45,105 nt of DNA. It comes from Schmidtea nova (lineage: Eukaryota). Shown in pieces: positions 25,949-37,190 of the stretch; positions within the stretch are counted from its first letter, which is position 1; the number at the start of each line of letters is the position of its first letter. The notes beneath the pieces were generated by a model. That model was not told where the DNA came from, searched no databases, and was given only the letters and a program-made list of their open reading frames with translations. Where the stretch lies: assembly GCA_044892505.1 (NCBI GenBank), contig CM097882.1, positions 283,978,896-284,024,000 of the forward strand, written 5' to 3'. The translations under genes and the position numbers were made by a program.

Positions 25949-26452
25949 CAGGGTTACCAACTCTGGAACGAGTCAGACCCGAAGAAATTATTTTTACATC
26001 CGAAAATTTAATATATAATAAATACATATGAATATAAAACAAAATATATTTATTCAATAACAATAAAACATAAAACAACAAAATTTATTCAATAAGAAAA
26101 CATAAAAAAATTAGGAACTTCAGAAAATATAATTAATTCTTAAAATTATATTTTATTGTTTTTAATGAACATTCAAGTAAATTTTTTTGTTCTGGTGCTT
26201 TTAAATATGTAAGAAAATCTTCACATTTTTTTGGGATTATATTAATTGTTGGTAAAGTTACTTTACCAACAATTAATATAATCCCAGCAAAAAACAACTA
26301 ATAATACCTGCAAAATTATATAAAAACTAAACCTGCAAACATTAAAAAAATATTTTGACAAACCCGAAGAAATAAGAGTTCAACCCGAAGACCTGAAGTT
26401 ACCACATCAAACCCGAAGTCTTCGGGTGAAAATGGTCGAGTTGGTAACCCTG
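25949..26452. mobile_element. hAT MITE
   Basis: TIR CAGGGTTACCAACTC / GAGTTGGTAACCCTG; 8-bp TSD CTAAGACT on both sides. Confidence 0.95.
26232..26286. repeat. Perfect palindrome, 27-bp arms, 1-nt spacer (inside the hAT MITE)
   Basis: 26232-26258 is the reverse complement of 26260-26286. Confidence 0.93.
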
Positions 26453-27504
26453 CTAAGACTTAAGAAAACCTAATAATAAATTTTATTTAATCATTATAAT
26501 AATATAATATCACGTGGCTTTTTCTGTTGTCAAAGGGGGATTGTTCATGTATTCATGTGTAATTTATGTGGGTTTAAATATAGCCGGATGTACACCTGCT
26601 TTCGTACAATAAAAGTTTCTATAATATAAAAAATAAATAACCAATAGCAAATGATAACTTACGTTGATGTTAACTGTTGATTTTTCGTAGTTTAAAAGTT
26701 TTAATATGTGATAGACAATCTGTATGAAAAAATAAATTATGCACACAAACATAAAACAATTATGAAAATTGAATGCAAACTTTTAAGGGTACTTTTTTAC
26801 GCGATTAAATGTCCTATAATAACTTTATTTATTTTTAAAATATGGTTTTTGGGTAAATATTTGGAATATTTCCTAGGAGAGTTATAGAGAAAATGGATAT
26901 ATACCATCGTGAGTTTTATTTTAATATAAAAATTCATATATTTCCAAAAATTATTTTGCATTAGCCAAAAAAATAATTCCGTCAAATTATTTTCAAATTT
27001 TAGACAATTAAACATATTTACACTGCAATTTAAATCATTTTGAAATCTCAGATAATACAGGACAATAAAATTTGGAAATTCTTGAAATAAAAAATTAAGC
27101 TTAATTAAGTTATTTCTTAGAATATCCAAAAAATATTTTAAAATAGAAAATCTTTATTTAATAATAATAATTATAATAATTCTTAGTTAAAAATGATTAT
27201 TTAACTTACGTTAAAGAAAATAATTCCCAAAAATTGTTAAAGAAAACATGATTTTCTAAAAAGTAGTTAAAAATTAAATAAAAATAAGTGTAGAGCAAAT
27301 ATAATGGATAACTATTCAGTGACGAATTAATTTCCTTAATAAACTATTGTTTAAAAATATTTTTACTTGCATTTAATGTAAAATACTTCCAATAAACTTC
27401 ATAAAAAATCATGTTTTCTAAAAAGCTAATAAATATTGAATCACAATAATATTGAAGAATATAGATAAACTTTCTAAGCTTCTATAGTGATCCACCATGT
27501 CTTA

Positions 27505-27990
27505 TACCGTACTATAAAGCCAAGCGTGGTTGGTTAATTTCCTTCTGATTTTCTCGACGGAATCATTGTCATCATCATTCAGCAATCCATTAACTGCTTT
27601 CCCTCGATTGTCACTACTCCGCGTCTTCCTGATTCTGTCAGTGCCATCATCGTTATCATCATCCGTGTACACCAACGAGGACGCAGACGAAGTCCAATGG
27701 GAATCGCCACCAATGTTTTCCTCTTCATCCGAAGACAAACAAATGTTCTCCTTTACCCCATTGACGGGAACTGTTTCACTTTCACGTTCATCAACAGCAG
27801 CATCATTTACCTCCTGGCGGAATGCATCAATCAGCTGCTGCTTTTTATCAGGCTGGATAGAAATATGACCAAACAATTGACTAGCTAGTTCGTTCATACT
27901 CTCATAGCTGCACCTATTCAAAGCATCCAATAATTTTGCACCTTCAATATCACTTCCCAATTGCTCAATAATTGATTTAATTAATGATCA
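27505..27990 (-). other. Possible exon or gene fragment: helical (death-fold-like?) segment plus acidic linker
   Basis: Open frame SLIKSIIEQLGSDIEGAKLLDALNRCSYESMNELASQLF...DDDNDD...; possible donor GTATAA after ..LYST; homology not established. Confidence 0.35.
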
Positions 27991-28020
27991 ATTCAGATCC
28001 ATAAATCCAGAATAAAAATT

Positions 28021-28185
28021 CTCTTTATCCCATCCAATAAAGAGCATAGAGACTCCATAAGGCCGTCGGCCGCAATACATTGTGCAGGTGGGCATTAAAT
28101 CACAAATCTGAGTTACCAATTGATCAACTGGAATTGGTTCTTGCAAGGTTAGCAAATGACGTTGAGCATTCAGTCGCATTTGATA
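28021..28185 (-). pseudogene. PSMA4: Proteasome subunit alpha type-4 (alpha3) fragment
   Basis: QMRLNAQRHLLTLQEPIPVDQLVTQICDL..GRRPYGVSMLFIGWDK versus PSMA4 [44 protein letters not shown]; substitutions in conserved positions; no splice acceptor. Confidence 0.85.
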
Positions 28186-29365
28186 CATTAAATCCATTAA
28201 ATCCATTAAATCAAAATCCATTAAATCCCAATTAAAAAATCCAATTTATTATTTCCATTAAGACACAATTTAAATTCTTCCAAATCCATTATTATTTAAC
28301 ATCAAATTACAACATTTTTAAATCATTCCAATTTATAATCATTATTTAAGCAACCATCACCAAAACAAAAATTTTCTACTTTATCATAAAATTTTTCTAA
28401 TTTACCAAATTCCGATAATTTAAAAAATCACAATTCTAAATTACAATTCAGTTCAAATAGAATTGTCACTAATAGGATAGAATCAGTTTTGATATCTTCT
28501 CTAGTTACTGCAGGGTTGTGGCGCACTGTTGAAATCGTAATATAATTCAGGAGACAATTGATGAGCACCTAGAGGAATCGGTGAATCGATTAAGTCCATA
28601 GTCCGAAAGTTGGGATGCTGATGAAATAGTGATTGGAAAACACATGGTCTGCTGTGAAGATAATTATTCATACTGTATAATGCGCCGAGAGCCGATCCTT
28701 CAACAACATTAACTACAACTAATCCGACTAGTGAAGGTATCACAGATTTAATAGCAGAGTGAATGTCAATTGCACCGCCCATGTTGTGGTGCACAGGCCA
28801 TGTCATATACGATTTCGATAGATTTCGATAATACCGTTTACCGGCTTCAGACTTCCAAGCTCGCCCCACAATCTCTCACAGCATCAAGCCCCGCCTTTTA
28901 CTATTTTATTTTTATTTAATTACTTTTTTAATATTTTACAAAGCGGGCGCGACCAGTGGTTAACAGGTTATTGCTAGGGTACATTAGCAAATATAGATGA
29001 TAAAAATATTGAGATACAAGATTTCTCAAAATACTTTGAAATGGAAAAGAATCTAAATAATAAAAAAGGAAAGAAAATGAAATTAAAAAAGACACAACTA
29101 TGTGTGATAATTTCATTTTAATTAAATGATTACCCTGTTTTTTGGTTATAAAGTACTACTCCCTTCTAAGATACGACATTATTAAAGTTTTTGGAAGCCC
29201 ACGATTTTTGTACTATCTTTACAAAGGTACCACTTTTTACTAAGGTACTACTTCTACGTTATAATATTAATTAAAATATTTTTTAAAAAATTAAGATACT
29301 AATAATAAATCAATAATTTTTTTTAATTATATAATTAATTTAACAAATTCAAATCAAATTGAAAA

Positions 29366-29830
29366 ATGGCAGACAAAAAACGAAAAACATATACAATACA
29401 ATTAAAAGAAGCTGCTGTGAATTATGCTTTGAATTCATCCATTTCAAAAGCATTTGAACATTATGGCTGTCACATTAACCTCATCAAACGATGGAAAAAA
29501 CAAAAAGATCTTCTGCAATCGATTGGGAATAAAAATGCAAAAGTAGTCAAGAGAATTCGACTTATTCAAAGGCTAGCATCGGAGTATCATTTGAAGAAAT
29601 GGGTTATTCAGCAGAGAAAAAATGGATTTCCAGTTCCTACGAAAAGATTTGTCATTGGATATCTGAGGCATGGAAGGCAGTATCAGTTTCTGCAATAAAA
29701 TGGTTTCAGATCGACAACCATTAATTTTTATACAGAAGACTTGGATGATATTAATGAGCCAATGGTTGAAGAATTGTTGGATGATAAAGATGAAGAAGAA
29801 AAAGACTATAATGATATTCGTAACTATTCG
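29366..29830 (+). pseudogene. Internally deleted pogo-type transposase (Brinker-like HTH, CENP-B HTH part, acidic tail)
   Basis: KRKTYTIQLKEAAVNYA..IKRWKKQ..WVIQQRKNGFPV; DDE core absent. Confidence 0.7.
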
Positions 29831-29879
29831 TAAATAAACAATTTTATTTGTCTTTGCAAATATTTAAATTTAAATTATA

Positions 29880-30452
29880 CTACCTCTGTTCAAAAATTAT
29901 TGTCTCATTTGACATTTGTTGCCAACTTAACAATATAAGATGACATTTGTGTATGAGCTATTTTATGAGTTTATTATAAATGAGTTTATAATAATCAGTT
30001 TATAATCAGTTTATAACGTTCAGTTTATAATAGTTTCATAAATAACTAGCAATTTCTGAAATTTGTAATATTTGGCTGTGTACCAAAATAACCCGCTGCT
30101 ATTTTCTTTGCAGTCCAAATAACCTTAAATCATTGAAATTCAAAATTCTAGAGTAAAGTACAAAAATTTAAGTGACAAGGAGAGAAATGCGATCCTGCAA
30201 ACACTTCTGGTGCGATCTAACAATAAGAAATTGCCAAAAGGAACAATTAAAGATGTTGCTTGAGAATTTAAAAAGTCCCCAAAAACATTTTCAAGAATTT
30301 TTGCGAGAGCCGGCCAATGTACACTCCAGGGCATGAAATTTCAATTTCTAAAGCGAAATTGAAGTAAATACATTGTATATAAAACTAACGAGACAATCAA
30401 TTTTGAACAAATATTTTCACCAAAACGGACAATCATTTTTGAACGGAGGTAG
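29880..30452 (+). mobile_element. Non-autonomous mariner with Stowaway/DD39D-like ends and an N-terminal transposase fragment
   Basis: TIR CTACCTCTGTTCAAAAATTATTGTC / GACAATCATTTTTGAACGGAGGTAG with TA TSD; internal LSDKERNAILQTLLVRSNNKKLPKGTIKDVA*EF..TFSRIFARA. Confidence 0.8.
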
Positions 30453-30528
30453 TATTAAGAAATTAAATGGAATATATTATAGTTAAATTTTATTTTCACA
30501 GTATTCTAAATTGTACTACCTCAATTTA

Positions 30529-30532
<4 letters not shown>

Positions 30533-30610
<78 letters not shown>
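30533..30610. repeat. (TA)n microsatellite
   Basis: About 39 TA units. Confidence 0.98.
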
Positions 30611-30613
<3 letters not shown>

Positions 30614-30659
30614 CTGAAAAAGAATAAATGTATAGAAAAGAAATAATAACAAGGAAAAA

Positions 30660-31570
30660 CATGAACATTACAAATAATATTAAGAAAATTATTTTTTAAA
30701 AATATGAAACAGACAAAACAGTAAAATAAATATCTAATAAATATCTAATATACCTTAAGTCTGCCACGGTCTCGGAAATAATACAAAAAGTATAAAGAAA
30801 CAGGAACAATAGAAACTTAAATACACAGCTATAATAGGAGAAAGATTTCCAATGCTGAATCAGATGAGAAAATAAAGGAAAGAATTGAAGAAGACATTTT
30901 TGCTACATTAAATGAAATCAAGACGATTCTAGCCACTAGTCATAACACAAACGTATCCACATCAACACTACACAGCACAATTAAATTATTCGAATATAGT
31001 TTTGAACGTATCACTTAATACTGGCGAGGCGTAACGTATAAGATCATATAGAAATGTATAAGAAATGGACCAAACTAAATTAGTTTTTACAGATGAAATG
31101 GGTGTGAATTGTTCAATGAGAAGAAGATTTGGGAGATCATTACTAGGTACAGCACCACGTAAAACAGTAACATCCATAGGAAGTAAAAATATATCAATAT
31201 CTGCAGCTATAACAAAGGATGAACTACTATATTTTAAAACAAATGTTGGTGCATTTAATTCTGACTCTTTTTCACTAATTATAAACGATTTGATGGATAA
31301 ATTAAGATTCAAGAATCTGACAGGGATGACGATTATTTGTGACAATGTACTTTTTCGTAAGTCCGAATCAATACAAAACCTTATTCGGGAAAATGAACAT
31401 ACATTACTTTTCTTGCCTCCGTACAGTCCTCAACTGAATCCTATAGAACAGATATTTGGCGTTTGGAAAGAAAAAATAAGATCAAGAAATTGTTAGAATC
31501 AGGATTCTTTGTTTGGAGCCATTGAAACAACTTCAAATCTAATAACAAGGGATCATTGCATCTCCTTTTA
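30660..31570 (+). pseudogene. Tc1/IS630-like DD34E transposase (degenerate 5' half, intact DDE core 31065-31496)
   Basis: LVFTDEMG..IICDN..FLPPYSPQLNPIE; 34 residues between the second D and E. Confidence 0.9.
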
Positions 31571-32197
31571 TTGATTTTCGTTAATAATAGCGATTACAAA
31601 ACAGCGATTACAAAGATAGCGAGTAGTTAAAAATAGCGACCACAAAACAAAGATTTAATATAAATTTTTCAATTTAGATAAATAGTATATAATTGACAAA
31701 GTTATATCACATAAACTGTATTTCAATGAAAAATTCATTCGAAAATCAAAAATGATATGATTTTATAAAACTATAATCAAAATTTATTAATTAAAAATTA
31801 AAAAATAACAATATAAAATAATAATAATAATAATGATAATAATAGTGTTGGGCCCACCAATTGGTCTAAAAAGACAAAAATATTGTACTAATTCAAACAA
31901 TAAATACAAATAATAACCACAAAAACATTCGAAAAACCTAAATTAAAAAATCAAAATAAAATAATAAATAATAATTACTAAATTTCCAGCAAAGGAAGAA
32001 AATCAAATTGACACGGGAACGAGCAGTATGGGGATCTGAAATAAGAAAATTACAAATAAAATCAAATAAAAGTACAATTAATTGGTTAATTACTTGAAAA
32101 AATCAGGACCACCCAGCGAGAAATCTGAACCGGAAATTTAAAATGGTTTATATTAAAATAAAATAACAAAATTACTTTGATGGACGGCCTGATCCTG

Positions 32198-32232
32198 ATT
32201 GGTCAATCTGACCAACTGGATCAGTATAAATA
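32198..32232 (+). promoter_or_regulatory. Candidate LTR promoter: inverted CCAAT plus TATA box
   Basis: ATTGG at 32198-32202; TATAAATA at 32225-32232. Confidence 0.5.
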
Positions 32233-33150
32233 CCGATCCAAAAATCATACAGATACCCTAAAAACTTAGCTACCGAACTGATCTATAACAGTCAGTTACA
32301 TCAACTTTGATACGACAAATATTGTGTAAAATTTTGGAAGCGCTGCATCTTGGATTTAAAGAGTAAATTTTGTTGTATTGTATTTGAACTAATTTTATGA
32401 TATGTTTTACATGATTCCCATTCATTTCATTTCATTTAATATAATTTATTACTATTAATTGCTCTATTTTCTTATGCTATTATTTTATGATATGATAAAT
32501 ATACTTCCTCAGTAGCTCACGCTGCGAGGGAGTAAGCCGTAAATGTGGGATTTCACCGTTCCACAAGATGGTGAGCAGAGTTTCTATTGGTATTTTTTTA
32601 TTTAATTTAATTTTTTATCAGAGGTTTAACTTTACAGTAAAGTTGTACAGGGACAAGAACACGGGTAAAATTAGTAGACAGTGTTTAACATTAGTTAATT
32701 AACGTTCGATCAGACAGGAGAGAATAAACTACAGTATCAATTATCATGTCAACTAAATCGATTTCGCATATGCACACGATTTTTTCGAATCCACATAGCT
32801 GATCGAAATAATGTCCGGACACACCGAGACGATTTCGACATTTCAACGATAGTTTTAATTAAGATATAAATAACAACATAATCAGATTGACACTACTGAT
32901 TGAATAACTAAAACCGTAACCTGATCGCTGTAAATAGCGCAGGTGATAATATGTAAATTTTTAATAAACGTATCCCGATCGCTGTATATAGCGACGGTGT
33001 TAATTGAATAGCTTAGAAAATTTTTTTTTTATTCCTCCTTTTCATATTTTTTTTGTTTTGTTGATCAACGAGAGGAGCACATTTCATCAGGTCTCACCAA
33101 AATTTGCGGATTCGTCACAGTAAATTTTATTAGCATTATTATTTTCTCAG

Positions 33151-33651
33151 ATGAAATCAACGATACTGGATGAATTTCTAACAACCCAACGTCGTGCGGC
33201 ACGGGACGAAAATCCTCTAATCCGGACGCAACAGAAGAAATTGAAGTCGCTTCCACAGGAACTTCTAAGAACGCTAAATGCGTTGATGTACAAGTGGAGA
33301 CGGGAACTGGGAAAAAAATGTCCATTTTCGATTTGGACCGGTGGATTAGATACCATCATATATCGAGGAGGCCCCGGATGGAAAAGTTCAGACGAAAGAG
33401 ACCCCGAAACGACAGCTCGATTCATCATAGTGTTGACGGACATCGCAGGCAACCCAACGACCGTAATCCACTGGGGATATGTCTCACCGCTCAAGTTGCT
33501 TCGATTTGGTTTGATTCCGAACCACCTACTGAAAACGGACCATGGACGCCCCAAACTAAACTGTTCAATGGCTCACATCCGACGAGATCCAGTCAATCAC
33601 GGGTTGCATATTACCCCCGTTCACGGCCTCAAGCGAAGCGTTTTTCACTAA
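33151..33651 (+). CDS. Intact 166-aa hypothetical accessory protein inside the probable LTR
   Basis: ATG-to-stop ORF, GC-richer than its flanks; no recognisable motif. Confidence 0.55.
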   Translation: MKSTILDEFLTTQRRAARDENPLIRTQQKKLKSLPQELLRTLNALMYKWRRELGKKCPFSIWTGGLDTIIYRGGPGWKSSDERDPETTARFIIVLTDIAGNPTTVIHWGYVSPLKLLRFGLIPNHLLKTDHGRPKLNCSMAHIRRDPVNHGLHITPVHGLKRSVFH

Positions 33652-33803
33652 AAATTCTATTCACATTACTATGAACTAAATGTTTTCTATAAATTAAATG
33701 GTGTTGATCTGTGTTTTGTTTGTTATTAGTTAAATTTCTATCTATTTATTTAATTATACAATCTTTTACACTTGACGGATAATATTAGTCGTTGGTAACA
33801 TAA

Positions 33804-34427
33804 TTGCTGCATCATAAAATAGGTTTGTTATTTAGTATGACAGAAACCAGCCAACAGCGGGAATTGGATAAGGCGTGGAGAATCCGCCGAGCATTAGAAA
33901 AGGAGTTAAATCAAGAGAAAGCATTTCGAGCCAAGGCAGAAGCTCAGATCCAGCATTTACGGACCAGCTGGTTCGCCCCAGCTCGCATGAAGGAGCAGAT
34001 AAGTCGAACGGATAGGGCTCAAAAGACAGCTGACGACTATCGTACCGAATGGGAAGCAACAAAAATTGAGTTGCGCCGATGTCTCCATTCGGTGACGACT
34101 TCTTTTATCGAGTCCGAATTGAGATCACAAATCCGACCTATCACCTACCAGAAATGGGTAGGAGAACAGAAAGTGGCCTGCTCGGTCAGTACGGACACCG
34201 ATGGGCTCGAGACAACAACAGTGCAGAGTCGGGTGGAAACCACCACTGCATCAAACCCCGTCGGAAAAATGAACAAGCGAAAACGAATCGGCTCCAAACG
34301 CCGTCGCCAAAGAAAGCTGTTTTCTCAACAGTTGCAGACACAAGTGACCACTATGGCCGAAATGTCGGAAGCCGAGTGGTTATCCGAGATATTCCCTCCT
34401 GAAGGAATCTTCAAAGAATTTCTGTAG
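33804..34427 (+). CDS. Intact accessory protein: coiled coil, basic NLS, acidic-hydrophobic C-terminus (likely ATG at 33837)
   Basis: RELDKAWRIRRALEKELNQEKAFRAKAEAQIQHL; KRKRIGSKRRRQRK; EMSEAEWLSEIF. Confidence 0.6.
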   Translation: MLHHKIGLLFSMTETSQQRELDKAWRIRRALEKELNQEKAFRAKAEAQIQHLRTSWFAPARMKEQISRTDRAQKTADDYRTEWEATKIELRRCLHSVTTSFIESELRSQIRPITYQKWVGEQKVACSVSTDTDGLETTTVQSRVETTTASNPVGKMNKRKRIGSKRRRQRKLFSQQLQTQVTTMAEMSEAEWLSEIFPPEGIFKEFL

Positions 34428-34917
34428 CAGATAGAAACATAATATGATGTCAGATTTTGGAGTTAATTAAATCTTTGCTCGTTTTGTTTTGTTGTTGTTA
34501 TTTCCTATGTATATTCTTCGATTACATAATTCATATAATTAAATTTACCTTACCCGTCACACAACGAAAGGAGTAGCGTTAAAGAATTAGAATATCATCG
34601 AATTCGTAGTTTCGTTTTGCTTGTTTTTTTTTGTTTTTATGATAAATATAGAACATCACACACACAATGGAACAATAATTGCGTAAGTCCTTCTACGGCC
34701 GCGTGAACCCGTAAACATAAAGGGGGAGTAGTCCTAGCAATAGTGCTCACGTGCCCCTCATTGTTTAACCACCCTGCGCATCCCCAACTTGGTTATCAAG
34801 GGAAATAATCAAGGGCGCTCGAGTGTAACTTACGACTATTTATGCATGATCATGGATGGGAGATCCCTAGCAATCATTAGAATTTTTACCAAACCGTCCA
34901 TGAACCCAGCATAAATT

Positions 34918-34935
34918 TGGGGGCTCAGCCGGGAC
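34918..34935 (+). promoter_or_regulatory. Primer binding site, tRNA-Pro type
   Basis: TGGGGGCTCAGCCGGGAC versus canonical tRNA-Pro PBS TGGGGGCTCGTCCGGGAT (15/18). Confidence 0.85.
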
Positions 34936-35248
34936 TAGCTTCGTTTTATCGGAAAAATGTGAATGCAAAATCTGCAGAGAAGTTTAAAGTGCTCGTGTCG
35001 TGTGAATAAATTCAATAAAAACAGAGAGTTTATAATTAAATCTAAATTCTGAACAAAAATAAACCACAAACACAACAGTAATAAAAGTAAAGTTATAAAA
35101 ATCAAATGCATGTATAAATAATTTGTCGGGACGACAATTTTAGGAAACACGGGGAGAGTAAATAAATATTAAAGATACAAAACGAAACATATTACTACTT
35201 TAAATAAATATTAAAAGACACAAAACGAGACATATTACTACTTTAAAA

Positions 35249-35752
35249 ATGATAAAAACAACAAAGTTAAAACGATTATTTATTCAGCAAATGGAGGAAA
35301 AACTGAAAGAAATCGAAGAATTTCTTAACACAGAAAACGAAACATTAGCAACAATTGGCAAGAAAATAAACCGATTTAGAGAAATTGAATTTCAAGAACC
35401 CACAACACAGACCGAGGAAACAGATGAATTAATAAAGATAACAGAAAGAACAAGTAAAATCGACATAAAAACCCGCTACAAATGGTACAGAGCACGACTA
35501 GAGAATGCGGAGCTAAACATTAGATGCAGACAAATAGAACAACAATTAACCCCAACATACAATCGATGGAGGGCGCAAGGGGTAGAAGCAGCGAAAAAAT
35601 ACCGACAGTGCTATATATGTGAAAACAACGAGATACAAATTATGTTTTTACCTTGCGGACATTTCCGTTTTTGTAAGATCTGTGCCAGCAAGTGTGACCG
35701 GTGTCCGATGTGCAACTTTACTGTGAATGAAAAAATTGTAGTTTATTTGTAA
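35249..35752 (+). CDS. IAP-type C-terminal RING (C3HC4) E3 ligase with N-terminal coiled coil, no BIR
   Basis: CYICENNEIQIMFLPCGHFRFCKICASKCDRCPMCNFTVNEKIVVYL* versus XIAP [46 protein letters not shown] overlaps the stop (35751-35756). Confidence 0.9.
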   Translation: MIKTTKLKRLFIQQMEEKLKEIEEFLNTENETLATIGKKINRFREIEFQEPTTQTEETDELIKITERTSKIDIKTRYKWYRARLENAELNIRCRQIEQQLTPTYNRWRAQGVEAAKKYRQCYICENNEIQIMFLPCGHFRFCKICASKCDRCPMCNFTVNEKIVVYL

Positions 35753-36219
35753 TAAATGTTTAGAGTTGATTAGTAAAATGTCGAATGGTGAATCATGGGA
35801 ACAATCATTGTATTTAAATAATTTTTGAGCTACTACAAAGTAGTCCGGTAAGAATCCACTGGGAGGCACCGATTGATCAACCCATTCAGAGCATATAGAA
35901 AGGGGCCCATCGCAAATGTTGGAAAGTTTTTGTGATGTGATTGATCACCACATCCCGCATTAATAGACCAACGCGATCTTTTTGTATATTTTGGTTGGGG
36001 AGAGAGATAGGGAAATCTTGATGGAGTAAGGCGCGCATAGAAAAATTAATAAAATTTGAAGCAGACTGATCAGAAAATAGTTACGATAAAATAGAAAATG
36101 AATGACGGTATAAAAAGGTGCATAATCAGCTCGCATAGAAGTAGTTATAACTCAGCTGAGAAATTTAAGTCGCTAGCGAAGTTAAGAATTGTGATTAACC
36201 GGTTAAGTAAAGTTATAAA

Positions 36220-36312
36220 GTTATTAGAGTTGTCCCTTGAAACAAAGGGTTATTAGCGGTTTGTCCCTTGAAACAAAGGGTTATTAGCGGTTTGTCCCTT
36301 GAAACAAAGGGT
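36220..36312 (+). repeat. 31-bp tandem repeat, ~3 copies
   Basis: TGTCCCTTGAAACAAAGGGTTATTAGCGGTT at 36231, 36262 and 36293. Confidence 0.95.
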
Positions 36313-36313
36313 T

Positions 36314-36582
36314 GAGGCCAATGAGCCATATTGAATGACCTAGCTAGGCGTTATGGAGAGATATTAAATTGAGGCCAATAGAGCCATGCGAGAGATTAAA
36401 TTGAGGCCAATAGAGCCATATGAGAGATTAAATTGAGGCCAATAGAACCATATGAGAGATTAAATTGAGGCCAATAGAGCCATATGAGAGATTAAATTGA
36501 GGCCAATAGAGCCATATGAGATATTAATTTAAGGCCAATAGAGCCATGTGAGATATTAAAATTGAGGCCAAAAAGAGCCATA
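36314..36582 (+). repeat. 32-bp tandem repeat, 7 copies plus a partial, nearly all with GGCCAAT
   Basis: (G/A)AGGCCAA at 36371, 36403, 36435, 36467, 36499, 36531 and 36564 (last copy CCAAA). Confidence 0.95.
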
Positions 36583-37190
36583 GAGAATTATAGAGATATC
36601 CGGATAATTAGTAACAGAGGGAATATAGGCCATAGTTGTGATCGGCAACGAGATTAAGAATAGTGCGCACTAGTAGTTAAGAAATGCGAGTAAAGCTGAT
36701 TATGCAACCTGAAGTAAAGCATGCAAGGAGAATAATAAAAAATTAGAGCTGACCGGAGAAACCGGCAGACTAGGTAAAACGATAGCTAGCAATGAGTAAT
36801 GAATAGAGATGATAAAATAATGATAAACGAGTCAGAAAGACTCAGGGAATTAGAGCGCTCAAGCGACCAATAATTGGGAAATTGTGGGAAAAGTAATTGA
36901 TTTGTAAAATATAGATAATTATTACGACATAAATAGATAATTGTGACCAGTCTATAGATAATTTAAATAGACTAAAAATAAAGGGAAATCTGGGGATTGG
37001 GAAATAATGAAAACCCGGTAATAATTAATCCCGAAAGAAAGGGAATAAAAGCGCGACGATAACAATAATGTATCGTTGAGGACCTTTGTATTTTAGATAT
37101 ACAAATCAATCAAATCAATCAATCAAGCAAGAAGAATCAGAACACGATAAGAAATAGGACAGGAAAATTGAGTATACAAAAGTAATCCCG

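Larger units (their letters stand above)
31846..34911 (+). repeat. Probable 5' LTR (~3.07 kb)
   Basis: Starts TGTTGGGCCC and ends GAACCCAGCA (imperfect terminal inverted repeat), 6 nt before the PBS; the second LTR is not in the window, so the boundary is inferred. Confidence 0.55.

Noticed and set aside
28501-28869. 122-aa minus-strand ORF as an identifiable gene
   Set aside because: No motif recognised; kept only as part of the fragment-patchwork finding
33147-33674. Overlapping ORFs 33147-33554 (-), 33065-33325 (-) and 33294-33674 (+)
   Set aside because: Alternative frames over the longer ATG-initiated 33151-33651 ORF; no independent support
36220-36582. Regularly spaced ~31-32 bp repeats as a CRISPR array
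   Set aside because: Units are head-to-tail with no unique spacers, there are no cas genes, and the context is eukaryotic
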